This document shows, piece by piece, positions 11,029 through 24,111 of a stretch of DNA of 64,000 nucleotides. The notes beneath the pieces are model-generated. The model made no database searches and was not told the origin of the DNA. It saw nothing but the letters and a program-made list of their open reading frames with translations. The first letter of the stretch is position 1. The number at the start of each line of letters is the position of its first letter. This DNA comes from Podospora anserina (taxonomy: Eukaryota): positions 310,001 to 374,000 of the forward strand of contig CM030336.1 of the NCBI GenBank assembly GCA_017654855.1. Reading direction: 5' to 3'. Made by a program: the position numbers and the translations under genes.

Positions 11029-14000
11029 TTTGGATGCTGCTGACGCAAACCGGACGGCTGAAAAACCTGAAATATTCACTTTGGTTGTATGTGATGAAGG
11101 GGGACGGTCAGATCTGATTGCAAATTTACATGGTCGTTGAGAGAGACTAGGCCCCTGCCAAGCCAAGGATAGCCACCAGGGAGCGCACGCGACACGCGAC
11201 GTTGCCCAGCCCTTTGGAACCATGGACTTTTGCTCCACGAACTTACCGATCTCTTAGTTTATGCTTGATTTATATTCTGAAAGTCATTTGGTATTGAGAA
11301 CTCATAACCAAATGACATGGCCACTCAATATTCTAGGTAATGGTGGGTGCGAATTGATCTGGCTGGTTTTGATGATGAAGGGTTGCCCTCCACAGAGCGG
11401 GTCTTGACGCCCGGATGGGACTCCCGAAGAGGATCCCCGACACCATCGGCCCGGGCCGAATTCAATCCCCGGGCATTGGGAGTCCGCGATATCTTGAGGA
11501 AGAGGAGAATTTTCTCCGGCAAGGTACATGCCTCAAATACTTTTATGAAATACCTGACATTTTCCTCGCTGGAAATGATCGTGTTCCCAATGACAACAGG
11601 TACCCGCCGCTGCCCATGCCCAAGGCAAAGTGACAATGATATTGTGAATCTGGGGTTGTTCTGCAGTGGGTAATCACGTCCCCTGGGCCACAAGTCCACA
11701 GAGCAAGCAAGGCAGGCAATCACGTCCTCTGAGGGGTTCCAGGAACGAAGTGCCGACGTGGGATCTGACGTGTCGTCAAAGAGGCGGATGTCACCAATGG
11801 AATGCATTCCCCCACGGATGGGAACAGCTGGTAAAGCGAGCCCATCGTTGCTTTTCGCTAGGTGCCCCCGGGCACTCCGGTTATTTGGACAGAATCAACA
11901 GTCGTCGAGATGAAATATCAGGATGGTCGATATACTGTTTGTATCATCACCACGACTTTGTTTCATCCAAGTTCTTCCGCTTGGGTCGACTTTTTCCCTG
12001 TTTCCCTGATGAGCACAAATCATTGCTTGAGCATTAGTTCACAAGCCCTGCGATATTGACTTGGTGAGTTGGTGAGTTGGTGACTTGACAGGTGTGGCTG
12101 CCCGAAGGCTTGGTTGTGGCCCTTGACGGCAGATAAGAATGAGCACCTCGCGGACAAAGCAGATCTTCCAGATTCGATATTCGACGAGTGCCTTGCGTGC
12201 GTAGAGAGCCCTGGTCTTCCTACATCGCCGCGCTGTGGTTGTTTGGATGGCACGATGGCTGGACACAGCGGCCGGAGAGCAGGGGTCCGTGGAGGATTGA
12301 CTTAACAAGCGGCCGGGGTTGATTGATCACCATTGCTGCCGAGCACACCAGGCCCTACCATTACCATACAACAGTGATTTCGGGCCACAAATCTTTGATG
12401 GAAATCAAGGACAAATAGAAGTGGTGAATAAGGCCACGAAACATAGCAGGTCGGCCAGTGGGTATAAATGTGGTGGTAAGCGTGCCATGACCCAAGAAGC
12501 ACCTCAACCAAACCGGATGTGGGGGAGGGGGCGAGGAGGGGGGAAAAGCCACGGGGGACTACGAAGAGCCAAAAAAAAGAGCACTTTGACGAGTCAACAA
12601 CATATGTAGTGTACCACCTCGCTGGAAAGAGAAACAATACAAGGCACGGGAGCGCAATCTTTGTGACTGTGGACATGCAATCAAGACGCAGTAAGGAAAA
12701 AGTTCGGAGTGGATGGGGACAGGCTGCCCGGATCTACCGTCAAGGAGAAGAGGGGAGGGGGAACTTGGAATGGGAAAGGGGGGGTCAGGTAGGTAGGTGG
12801 TGACGACCAAGAATCACATCAACGCTATGGACACCCACGCCCGGCCACAATCTGTGTCTTGCTCTTGTGCCTCGTGGGAAACACAAAAAAAAGACGGAAG
12901 AACGGAGGACGAGGACGGGGACGAGGACTGGGACAGAGGTACCAAAAGCATTTGAGTTTGGCTGGGCTGGGGTGGTGGAGGTGTTCGATGCCCTGTCAAA
13001 TGGTCTGCTGGTCGGAGAATTTTTAGTGCCTGGCTGTAAAAGTGACTTTGGTGCTGAAGGTCAACCGACAATAAAATGGCCAACTGCCCACCTCCCCCCT
13101 TCGTTTCCTTTCCTGCTTCATTTCCTGTCTCATTTTTGCCCTTTTTTTCTTCCCCTTCCCACCGTCTGGATTGTTTTACAGCGTTGTTGCTGATTCTGCT
13201 GCCATATGAACAAGGCGTTGCTATCATTCTTCAAGTCCCTTTGCCCCAGAACGGACCCAGCGCTGTTAGTGCAAACGGCCAGTGGGAGCAGCACAAGAAT
13301 AACAAGATGACAACGACAACATTTCCAGCGACACGTGGGGGATTTGGGAAACTGAGGGAGAGGGAATGAGAAACAATTTCATCATCACCAGATTCTCGAC
13401 TACGACCAGCACTGGATGGATTGACGAGGATGGGCTCATTAGGGGTGGGAGGACCACCCAGGGCGCGCAGGCCAGGATCACCTCCACGACCCCAATCCAC
13501 TTCGCTCAAAGCCGGGGCCCTGGGAAACGGCCTGAATGAGACGGGACTGGCCATCAACATGCGACAATCTCCTCTGCTGGCAGTTCGACAACTGCAAGAG
13601 AGAAAGGGAATGAGCATGGCTGTTGTCATTTTCAGGCTGGAATGTGCGACAAAAACAGGCACCAGACGACTGCTGGGCCAAGTCCAAGTCATGCGGTGAT
13701 TATCGGCGGGGCAGCAATGCGGGAGGTGCGGCGGTCTGTCGGCGGTCAAGCGAGTCGCCAAATCTAGGCGCCGGTACATCTTGGGCGTCGGCAATGAGGA
13801 CTCTTTCAATTCTGGCGACACTCTTCATACGGATTTCTCCTCACTTGTGTGACTTTTTTTCCGTCACCGAGTGCTGCTCTTTGAGTTTGACTGTGGAGCG
13901 ATTGGCTGCTGGTCGGGTCAAAGCCCATCCACCCATTATCAGCATCTCTGTCCCATCATTATCAAGACTTCAACGCCACCCATCCACCACTCTGTCACCG

Positions 14001-15536
14001 GGTCGGCTACCCCTGAGTATAAAGGGACATGGCTGCCCATCGGAAAACATGCCCATTCATTTCTACTTCATCTTCCTCGAGCTCGCTCCCGCAACAACCA
14101 TGGCACGAGCATCGTGAGACCCTTCCCAGGATGTCAAGATCACCATGAGCACACAGCAAGAACACCCTCACCTCCTATTCTGGCTTTCGAAAAGTGTGAC
14201 GCTTTGTTGGATATCGGACGGCCAGAATTTCCCTGGTTTCTGAAGCCAAGGATTATCACTTTCGATGCATAAGGCGTCTCTGTTCATGACCTTGTCAGAA
14301 CCGCTGACAGGACTGTGGGGTGCCATTGGAAAACGCTGGCCATGTTGGTGAACGGCCAGAGCGTCAGAGGCTCAGACAGAGCCTTTGGTGGAAACACACG
14401 GTGCACGGGCCACTGTTTTGGATGTCGCGCCTTATCTGTGGCTCTGATTGGTCATAGAGAGCGGGAGGGACCCGCAAGACTAGGCCGTTTCAGGAGGGCC
14501 CCAAGGTTTGTCCGGCTGAAAAGCAACCAGCGTTCCTTTTCGCGGCGTGCGCTCTGTCACAGCACAGCACCACTGGACAGTGGACATCCGACAAGCACGC
14601 GCGACCTGGGTACTGAGGTAAGACCTGCCCTTTTGTTTCCCTCATCCACCCTATCCACCCCCGGCCTGCCGATTCGTTTCCGAACCTTATAGCAGAAGCC
14701 CGACGAGTGCCTTTTCCACGCCTCGAGCTGCAGGTCTGGCAAAAGCCGGGACTTCGTGGTGGTGACTGTGGAAGTCTCGAGGTTTGGGTGACCACCCGAG
14801 AGGCGCTGACGGCGAAAAATTCTCGCGGCTCCAGCATCAACCTCCGGACTCCTAGTTTCGAGTACGTCAAACCTTGGCCGTATGGCCTCCACTTTCTCAT
14901 TCCTTCCCCGTGTCCCGGTGTCCGCCTGGCGGTTGCTGCTCGGGCAGGTGGTCCTGCTTGGAGCCGGCGGTTGTTTGGCTTTCCGGAGCCCGGTTGCTGG
15001 CTCCCGGCGGTGCTCCCGAATCGGCATCCATCCATCGCATTTGCGACAGCGGCAGCTCAGGCCGTCGCAAGAAGTTTGCGACTCCGGGCAGGCTCTGTCC
15101 TGGGGTTTTTTTTTTCTGCTGCTGCCACCCTCTGCTGTTCCCTCTGTGGCCCTGTTGCTGCTCGCTTGGGTGGACCCAGCACCACTTCCCCCCGGGCTGC
15201 CGCACCACACGCAAGCAGCAGAGCCCTGCACCCAGCGCCAGCCAGAATCCGGTGTCCCTGCCCCGTTTTAACCCACTGCACACACACACTCCTCTGCCAT
15301 ACCCGACCACCCACCGCGACGCGACTGATACTTGCTCCATCGCGACAAGTCTCTGCCGTGCGACTCTGCATCTTTATTCCATCGTTTCCCTTTGACTGGC
15401 ACGTGCTTTTATCGAATTACGTCGTCGCTAACCGCCGGTCGCAAAGGGTTTTCATTGAAGCTGATGGGTGCGACTCTCCCGTCCTCGTTGCCGTAACCAC
15501 CTTCCCCCCGAGCCCCCATCACACATCGCGACCGCC

Positions 15537-18500
15537 ATGAGTTGGATAAACGACGGCGCTGTTCCCTCTCACAATGGCAACGGCTTTGCGATCGCCGACC
15601 CGGCTGCTGTTGCCGGCGTCATGATGGACCCTTCGGCCTTTATGGGAAATCCCGCCCAATTCAACCCGCAGTTCGCGAACCCCCAGCAACTCGCCATGCA
15701 GAATACCCCGATGCGCAATGCCTCGCCGTCCTTTCCGAACGCGATGTATCAGACCAACTCAGTCATCCCATCGAAACGGGCTCGTCCCAGAGAAGATAGC
15801 ATCGGACAGTCACCGCGACAGGCACCCGGCATGCTGCCAACCTCACGCGCCGAGACACCCCAGCAGTCGCCGTTCCCGGGCTATCAACCACCAGGCATGG
15901 CGCAACAACAAGGTGGCCAGCCGTCCCCATACCCTCATCTTCAGCAAAACGGCTCGGCCAATGCTACTCCGTCTCCCATAATGAGCAACCAGATGCGGCC
16001 AGGCAGTGTGCCACAGAGGGTGTCGACCGCATCTCCCCATCCATTCTCGCCTGCCGCGCAACAATTCCCACAGACGTCGCCGGTTCCATCTGAGCACGGA
16101 GGAAACCCACAGGCTTTTATGCAACAGAATGCTTTTCCACAAGGCTTTAATCCTCAATTCACGGCCCAATCTCCTGCGAGGCCGTCGCCGTCGCCCAATC
16201 CCATGGGAAACCCCATGATGGCTCAGCACATGACCCAGATGCAAGGTCAGCTTCCCCAGCAAATACAACAGATGCCTCAGCAAATGCAAAATCCAATGGC
16301 GGGTCAGATGCAAAACATGATGCTGCAGCAACAGATGGGCCAAGGGCGCGGCGCAATGGATCCCCAAAAACAGCAGCAACTTCTGTATCAAATGCAGATG
16401 CAGCAGCAGCGGTCACTACAACAGCAAATCAATGCTCAGAACATGATGCAAATTGCTCCAAACGCAAACTTGACACCGGCTCAAATCCAAGCCCAAGCTC
16501 ACGTCCAGGCTCAAGTTCAGCACCAAGCTCAGCAGAGGAATATGATGGCCGGCAGACCAGGTGTTCCGAACGGACAAATGCCACCAGGAGGAATGAGGCC
16601 CCAACAAGGCATACCGGCACAACAGTTTTTGAGGCAGGTTCCTCCAGCCCAGTTTCTAAATCAACTCCGCGCCTTTTTTGCCTCGAGCGGTCAGGTGATG
16701 GACCAAACGCTTCCCACCATTGGGAACCAGCCTATCGATCTACAAGCTTTGTTCCACGCAGTCATGAAATTTGGAGGATACCGCGCCGTCACACAATCAA
16801 ATGGTTGGGTCCAGGTATCCATGGCCCTGAATATACACCCGCAGCAAGTACCGGCGGCACCCTCCCACTTCAAAGCAATCTACGAGCGGTGGCTGTTCAA
16901 GTATGAGGAAATGGTCAAGATGCGCATGCAGCAGGGAGGGATGCAGAAGGCTCCGCAGATGGCCCCAGGAACGCCTACTAAGATTATGCCTCCTGGCCAG
17001 ATGCCGGGGCAGATGATGCAGCCCGGTCAGCCATCACCACTCCAGCAAGGTCCGATGCCGTCGCCAGCCAAGCCTCCGGGTGGACAGCAAGCCGGCATGA
17101 ACGGTTTCCCGGTTCACGGTCAACAGCCCATGATGCCCAGCCAGACCCACCAACAGCGCCACAGCTTGTCCAGAAGCATACAGGCCACGCCCACGAATGA
17201 GGACTTTTCTATGCAGTCTCCTGCCCAAGGAAAACCTGGCAGCATGTCTGTCCCCGGCTCGGCGCAGGCAGAAAATCAGGGAATGGCTGAGGAATTGGCG
17301 GGCACCGCCAAGTTTGCCGCCCCCTTTGCCACGAATCCCGAGGAGTACATGCCGTCTTCTCGGGAACACATATCATATGGAGGAGTTGACGGTAGCCTGA
17401 TGAAGGTTGGCGAGCAGCTCCAAAACGCCAGGATCGACCTGCCAGCTGCCTATGAACTCGGGAATGTCGATCTCCATGCCATCACCAAGAGTCTCCAAAG
17501 CGGCATTCATGGCGAAGTTCGGCTTGCCCTCGATGTCCTTGCAAGGATTACGGCCAGTGACTTCCACTCTTTCGCGCCGACCAACACTATCCCGATCCCT
17601 CAAATTGAACTCAAGTTCTGCCCCGAGCTGGTAGAGGCGCTGGTGGACTGCGCAGAAGAGCAGATCGAGCTACTCGCCGAAAGTTCGGAGGAGGCGTCCA
17701 ACGAGATTGTTATTTCGCCCTATGAGGATATTGTCCGGGCTTGTCGCATCGATAGGCTTGCCGTCAAGAGCATCCCGGTCCATGGTTCCTCGGAGTATGA
17801 CCTTGAGCGTGCGGCTGACAGGCTCATATGCATCACAACTATCTTCCGCAACATGTCCTGGCGCGATGATAACCATCCGGCTCTCGCCGATGAAGCCGTC
17901 ATCAAGTTGTTGTGCGTGGTCATTAGATACATGGGAACACGCGAAATGCTGCTTCGGAGCAACACAAACACATTGGATATCATGAAGGATCTGGTCACAC
18001 TACTCAGCAACATTGCTGGTGCGATTGAAATACCAGGGCGAGAACAGGCCTTTTGCTTGTTGCAATTTCTGCTCGCCTTTGCACCCAATCCACCCCCGAC
18101 GATGGTGAACGGCAAGCTGTACTTTTCAGTCTACGACCCTCGGTCGCACCCCTATCTCCCACACGCCGTTGATTCGCTGACCAAACTACTCGCGCGGGAC
18201 GAACCGAATCGGACACACTACACGGCCATCTTCACGAATGAGTCTATGCTCAACACGTCTCCGCCCTGCGAACTGCTCACCAGAGCCTTTGCGCTTGCTA
18301 TCGCCCCTATTCCCGACTGCACCAAGGAACCTCGCCACCCGTTGCCCCCGCTCGTCGAGGTTCGGAAACCCATCATCATGCAAGGTCTCCTCGCTGCCGA
18401 CATTATGGCAGGGCTGGCGCCGGAGTTTGACAGCGGAGTGGCGCGATCATGGCTGGCCTCGGGCAATGGGTTTGCGCAGAACTTGTATGCGCTCGTCCGG

Positions 18501-18782
18501 CAAATCAGCAGTCTGTACGAAAGCCAGGTTATGAGGCCAGGGCGTGGCCCGCCAAAGCGAGATGCCGAGCTCGTCTACATCTCGTCGGTCGGCATCAACT
18601 TGATCAGGAGGTTGTGCGAGAAGGCTAGGGACCCCCACCGCCCAGCAGGTGAGAGCGGTATTCCGCCCGAGATCCTGCCGGCGAGGGAAAGTGTCTTGCA
18701 GGCTCTGCAGATGCATGCCAGGGAATGGACCGTGGAAGGGATGTTGACTGACTTGGTCGCGTATGCCCGCCTGGTCCGCTGA
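15537..18782 (+). CDS. SWI1: SWI/SNF chromatin remodelling ARID subunit (Swi1/Sol1/ARID1-like)
   Basis: Q/M/P-rich N-terminus, ARID domain (PIDLQALFHAVMKFGGYRAVT...W...YERWLFKYE) and LQSGIHGEVRLALDVL at the start of the C-terminal helical domain. The first in-frame ATG is at 15537. Confidence 0.88.
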   Translation: MSWINDGAVPSHNGNGFAIADPAAVAGVMMDPSAFMGNPAQFNPQFANPQQLAMQNTPMRNASPSFPNAMYQTNSVIPSKRARPREDSIGQSPRQAPGMLPTSRAETPQQSPFPGYQPPGMAQQQGGQPSPYPHLQQNGSANATPSPIMSNQMRPGSVPQRVSTASPHPFSPAAQQFPQTSPVPSEHGGNPQAFMQQNAFPQGFNPQFTAQSPARPSPSPNPMGNPMMAQHMTQMQGQLPQQIQQMPQQMQNPMAGQMQNMMLQQQMGQGRGAMDPQKQQQLLYQMQMQQQRSLQQQINAQNMMQIAPNANLTPAQIQAQAHVQAQVQHQAQQRNMMAGRPGVPNGQMPPGGMRPQQGIPAQQFLRQVPPAQFLNQLRAFFASSGQVMDQTLPTIGNQPIDLQALFHAVMKFGGYRAVTQSNGWVQVSMALNIHPQQVPAAPSHFKAIYERWLFKYEEMVKMRMQQGGMQKAPQMAPGTPTKIMPPGQMPGQMMQPGQPSPLQQGPMPSPAKPPGGQQAGMNGFPVHGQQPMMPSQTHQQRHSLSRSIQATPTNEDFSMQSPAQGKPGSMSVPGSAQAENQGMAEELAGTAKFAAPFATNPEEYMPSSREHISYGGVDGSLMKVGEQLQNARIDLPAAYELGNVDLHAITKSLQSGIHGEVRLALDVLARITASDFHSFAPTNTIPIPQIELKFCPELVEALVDCAEEQIELLAESSEEASNEIVISPYEDIVRACRIDRLAVKSIPVHGSSEYDLERAADRLICITTIFRNMSWRDDNHPALADEAVIKLLCVVIRYMGTREMLLRSNTNTLDIMKDLVTLLSNIAGAIEIPGREQAFCLLQFLLAFAPNPPPTMVNGKLYFSVYDPRSHPYLPHAVDSLTKLLARDEPNRTHYTAIFTNESMLNTSPPCELLTRAFALAIAPIPDCTKEPRHPLPPLVEVRKPIIMQGLLAADIMAGLAPEFDSGVARSWLASGNGFAQNLYALVRQISSLYESQVMRPGRGPPKRDAELVYISSVGINLIRRLCEKARDPHRPAGESGIPPEILPARESVLQALQMHAREWTVEGMLTDLVAYARLVR

Positions 18783-19378
18783 AGCATCCTCATTGGGTAG
18801 TTTTCTGTATATGTTGTTGTAACCTATCAACCCTTTCTTGAAAAGTATGTTGTTCATGGCGGTACTCTTTTTTTGGCGTTAGTTTAGCGAGCGAGCGTGG
18901 TTTTGGGCGCTTGGGTCATGGTTGAGTGGCTCATCTGGATAGAAAGAGAGATCTTGTTTTGCGTCTATATGTGAGGGGGGTCTTGGACAGCGACTTTTCG
19001 ACAGGGGCAGCCAACGATTGGTATGATATGTGTTGTATGGATCTTTATTTCGGTGTGATTTGGAAAAAAAGGATAGGTGTGGTAGGACTGGTTAAGGGGC
19101 GGTTTACATAGGTAGTCACAGTATTGAAACTGTGAGGCGTATTGAACATTTTGTCGCTTTGTTTGCATGTCGTACTACTATCGTCCCGTCGATCGATGTT
19201 CGGCAGTGTGTTGCAGCAAAATTCGGTCACTGACCGATCTTGAGGTTCAATGGACCCTAGATTGTATCATACAACTACCGTCGTCCTCCAGCGTGGGGGT
19301 ATATCATTTTCCATCTCCAGAACTGCATCTTGGCCTCCTGATATCATACACGGCCTCCCGTCTCCCGGCATTCACCCA

Positions 19379-19843
19379 TTACAACCCCCTCTCCTCCAGG
19401 AAAGCAACAATCTCTGACCTATGGTGCCCCTATTTCCCTCAGCATCAGCGTTCCCATACTCGTCTTCTTGTCGGATGCAAACTCACCCGAACTTCCACAT
19501 GCCCCGTCAAACTGTTGACTTTGATGTCGTTTGGCGACAGATTCAGCGCCTTGGCAAGCTCCTGCTTGAAGGCTATCCTGTTCCCCTCGATCTTTTTGAT
19601 GATTGTGAGCTTGAAATTGCCGCCGCGCTTGGCGTCCTGGTAGACGGAGTAGTTGTTTGTGCGGGAGCGGCCGAGGGCGAAGGGGAAGTATGTCTTTTGG
19701 CTTTGTCTTGGGAGGGATTGTGGTGGGGATGGGGAGGGTTTTTGGGGTTGGTTGGGAGCTGTGGAAAGGAACTGTCTGAGGAGGGGCGTGAGGGTTGGTT
19801 GTTGCCGGAGGAGGCGGGAGGGGAGGAGGGTTGGTCGAAGCAT
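19379..19843 (-). CDS. IMG2: Mitochondrial large ribosomal subunit protein mL49 (Img2)
   Basis: Arg/Leu-rich presequence MLRPTLLPSRLLR, then RSRTNNYSVYQDAKRGGNFKLTIIKKIEG. An intron follows GHVEVR, and the final exon is GHHRSEIVAFLEERGL*. Confidence 0.88.
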
Positions 19844-20415
19844 TGTGATGTTGTGGTGTTGTTGTTTCTGGTGAGGCACACTCGGGGAGGTGATTCGGGT
19901 GGGCGGGTTAAGCAAGGTCAACGGACCGGATTGTGGTGGTGGTGGTCGTCGCAAGTGGCTGTCGTACTGATGCTATCTCGAAGCTCTCTTCGCGACTGCT
20001 GCATCGAAAAATGGTCGGTGCTCGGCGGAACAAATGGCCGGCGGCCGCCAGCAACAGTTTGGAGGGAACACAGACATGGCGGGGGCATGTCAAAGCAAAA
20101 GCTTGAGGCGCACAGACCACATCTCTTCCCAATGCGGGTTGCCCACTGGAGGAGCATCGCACTTTGCAATTTTTGACCCCACCAAAGAGAGCGAAAGATA
20201 CCCTCACTGAAAATTGGTCGGCTTTGTCAATTCGGCTCTTCTTTTCGCTCCCCCTGCCAGTACCCGACCACGTCCTCGTAGCCCCTCGATCGACCGACCG
20301 ACCGAGACCTGCGATACGCCCCCCACCGACGGAATCGATTATTTTTCACGACTTCGTCACTCTCAACTCGGAGGATCTCATCACAATAACAACGACACCA
20401 CAGCCCATCACCATC

Positions 20416-21817
20416 ATGGCTTCCACCACCGCCAGCGGCGGGTCCGAGTACGACCTGCTCAACAAGCTCGCCCCCAACCTCGACCGCCACATGATCTTTC
20501 CCCTTCTCGAGTTCAGCGCCAGCCAGCTTGTTGACGAGGATGGACAGGTCAGGGATGAAGCCAAGGCGCGCCAGATCACACAGGCCAAGTTTGCGCTCAC
20601 GAAGCGCACCAACATGACCGACTACGTCGCCAACCTGTACTGCGAGCTCGAAGGCCTCGACGAAGCCCCCGCCGAGTACACCGAGAGGAAAAAGCAGGTC
20701 TTCAGCCAGCTGGAGAAATACGAGCAACAGACCGCAAAGATCACAGAGCTCCTCGAGCGCGACGACGTTGTTAATGCCCTCCGAAGCGACAAGGTGGCCA
20801 ACTTGGAGTTCTTGAAGCGGGAGCACGATGTAAGACTTGGTACTGTGCATATTGGAAAGGAAAGTTGTGGTGCTGACTAGAGTGGTTGGACAACAGGTCA
20901 CCATCGACATGGTCAACGCCCTCTTCGACCTGGGCAACCTTCAGTATAGCTGCGGTAACTACGGTGATGCCACTGAGACCCTCTACCGCTTCCGCGTCCT
21001 TTCCACAGACAACGACAAGGTCGCCTACGCCACATGGGGTAGACTGGCTTGCGAGATCCTCACCATGAGCTGGGAGTCGGCGTTGGAGGAGGTTCAAAAG
21101 GTCCGCGAAGTTATCGACTCGAAGCTGTCGCAAAACCCCCTCGCCCAACTGCAACACCGGACTTCCCTCATCCACTGGGCTCTCTTCCCCCTCTTCAACT
21201 ACGACAAGGCCCGTGAGCCCATCCTCGACCTCTTCTTCAACGCCGGATACATCAACACCATCCAGGCCAACTGCCCTTGGATCCTGCGCTACCTTGCCGT
21301 CGCTGTTATCACCAACCGCACCAAGGCTAAGAACATGGGGGTCCAGCAGAAGCAGATGAAGGACATTGTCCGCATCGTCAAGCAGGAGGCCTACGAGTAC
21401 CAGGACCCCATTACCCGCTTTGTACACGCCCTGTGCATCGACTTCGATTTCGAGGAGGCCCAGCAACAGCTCGTCCTTGCTGAGGAGGTCCTCCGCGGCG
21501 ACTTCTTCCTTCTTAACCATGCTGATGAGTTCGTCGACTCGGCCAGACATCTCATCTTTGAGAGCTACTGCAAGATCCACGCCCGTATTTCCCTTACCGA
21601 CCTCAGCGCACGGTTGGGCCTCAACGCCGAGGCTGCCGAGAAGTGGATTGTCAACCTGATCCGCGACACCAGGTTGGACGCCAAGATTGACTACAAGGAG
21701 GGCACAGTCGTCATGAACCACCCACCGACCTCTGTCTACCAGCAGGTGATTGAGAAGACAAAGGGCGGTTTCTTCCGGACACAGGTTTTGACTTCCGCGG
21801 TTGGTGGCAGGTCATAA
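20416..21817 (+). CDS. INT6: Translation initiation factor eIF3 subunit E (Int6)
   Basis: [42 protein letters not shown] and a PCI domain ([19 protein letters not shown]). One intron at about 20830-20896. Confidence 0.97.
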
Positions 21818-22415
21818 GGGAGAGGAGATGGTTGAGGATGTGCTTGCTGTAGAAGGAGATGCCGGGACCATGACATTTGCTATTGTTACCCCTTCACAAG
21901 AGAGAGAGAATGGGGGAACTTCTCTCATCATCCATCCGGAAAGCCGGAGAGAGAAGATGGGAGCTCCACGGGTTTGGCGGGTGCCGAGGCGGCGCGGCGT
22001 CAATCTAGACATTTCTGGGTGAGGAATAGGAGGAGACAAAGCAAAAATGGTTGATGTCTTTGCATTGCTCTCACGGTTTACCACAGTGGAATTGGAAGCG
22101 ATGTAATATACCTCATTATCAGGCGTATTGACAAAAATGGCTTAATGGACTGTTTTGAATGAAGCTCTTCTGGTGTGTGGCCCTGTAACAAAAGCTCAAG
22201 GCTTGATGAGCAGCCCAGAAACGGTGTCATCTTTCTCATAGGAGCGAGCAAATGTCCAGGAGACAGACTTTCATGCCATCTCTGGGATATTTCGCTTCAC
22301 TCCATCTGCCTCAGCCTTCCGTCAAGAAGAAGTGACATGACACCATTTCCCAGCGTCTCATTTCAGCACTTTCAACCGCCATAAAAACTGGCAGACCACC
22401 ACTCGCCGGAGCCGG

Positions 22416-22860
22416 TCACATGAAGAGCGTTTGCCGCACTTGCTCACGCAGACCTGCATTTTCTTCTCGGCTCACTGTGCCAAGGCAGAGCCTGGTCTTC
22501 TCTACCGTACTTAGAAGAGTCTCGTGCCACGACGTGCTTCCCCTCTCTTCCTCTTCCTCCACCTTCATTGCCGGTTTCTCGGCGTCCTTGACTCTAGTCT
22601 TCCCAAGAGGCAAAAGGACTTCTAGAACATCATCGTCCCTTCAGACATCACAATGCCCCCTGAACGGCATTTCCGGGTTCAACTTTGGTACTGCGTAAGA
22701 CCTTTTCCGTTCCAACCCTGCCCGTCGGGCGAATCTGCGGGTTTGACTTGGGGGTGATGCTAAAATAACCATAGCACCGATGCGGCGGAGGTCCTTATAA
22801 CGAGCAAACACCTGTTTGTTTGGATCTTCACTGCCAGCATGTGGGGCCTTGCGAGCTGTG
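22416..22860 (-). pseudogene. Possible relic of a hypothetical protein gene
   Basis: About 150 codons in a single frame (...FARYKDLRRIGAMVIL...HCDV*RDDDVLEVLLPLGKTRVKDAEK...) interrupted by one TGA at 22643-22641. No family recognised. Confidence 0.3.
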
Positions 22861-24111
22861 TATTGTTCAAAATGAATGGGTCCCTCGTTCCTGATCGTGA
22901 GGACTTGATGAAGGGCTTGTTTTGAGGAGGGCGTGTTGCTGGATTGTGTAGAGTGTTTGGAAAGATGTTTGTTGTGGTGTGAACGTGCGGGGACAGATCT
23001 CAGCTTTATGCATCACTGCATATTATTTGATGAGATGACCCTGTGAGATGTAGTCAGAAACTTGCGGATAGTTCCTCACTTGAAGAAATACACGATGATA
23101 GGCATCCAAGCATGCCACGTTTGGCTCTTCATGACAGTGGCTGCTGCTGCACAGCCATGCTTACCTACCTGCCTCACCGAATTGAGGCAAGCAGCGATCT
23201 TTCCGTGCAGCTTCCTGTTTCCATCCTTCTGCTCTGCTTTCCCCAACTTTCGGAAGGCACACTTTTCTCAACACTTGATCGATTCAAAAGCATTCTGCCT
23301 TCTGTCTTGCAGCCCAACCAGCCCTGTTTTGTCATGCCTCGCTCACAGATACGGAACGCGGTCAGGAGGTCAGTGAGAAAGGCCAAACCGGTACCTTCCG
23401 GTCGTCAAGGGGAGGGTGGTACGCCACCTGAGGAGGATAAGGGCGATGAAAACTACCAGTGTGGGGAGTATTGGTTTTGCGTACGTTTGTTTGTACAGGT
23501 TTTGCTGAGTGTATGCTAAGTTTGACTGGGGGTTTAGCACCGCTGTGGTGAGGGGCCGTATACGTTGTTTGAACGCGATTGTGAGAGCGGGGAGTGTGGG
23601 CATCATGCTCGGTGTTCGAAATGTCACGTTGAGTGGGGGTGTGCGTGAGTGTGGTGGGTGGTGGCTAATATGTGTGCCGTCGAGGTTGAAGAATTATCCC
23701 AAGTCTCAGTTTGCCGAAAACATAACATGTCGATTGAATGCAGGTACCAACTACAACTGGCCAAAGATCATATACTCTTCTCAAGTAAATATCTACCATG
23801 ACGAATGGAAATCGCCCAAGGCAAATACTGAAACTTTGAGATGTGTTCTGCTGTTCTGAGGCAGAATTGGTAAACGGTATCTAGCAGTTTGGGGTGATCA
23901 GCTGATACTGAGCAAGTGGCTGTGGAAGACGCAGCTCTCGTGCCGCCCAACTCACTTCTCTTCCAATGGGAGTGCAAGAGATGCGATAGCAAATGGTGCG
24001 GAGATTCTCTGACCATCTCTTTTCGCGCTCAGGCTCTACTTTTTCATCCACATCACCGACGTCCAAAGTTCAACCTTTTCTCTCATTAGGAAGCCACGAC
24101 AACGACCAGCG

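Noticed and set aside
14707-15540. 277-codon ORF whose stop overlaps the SWI1 ATG (ATGA), a possible uORF
   Set aside because: It has no ATG (non-ATG start, no internal Met), and long open frames are expected in this GC-rich DNA.
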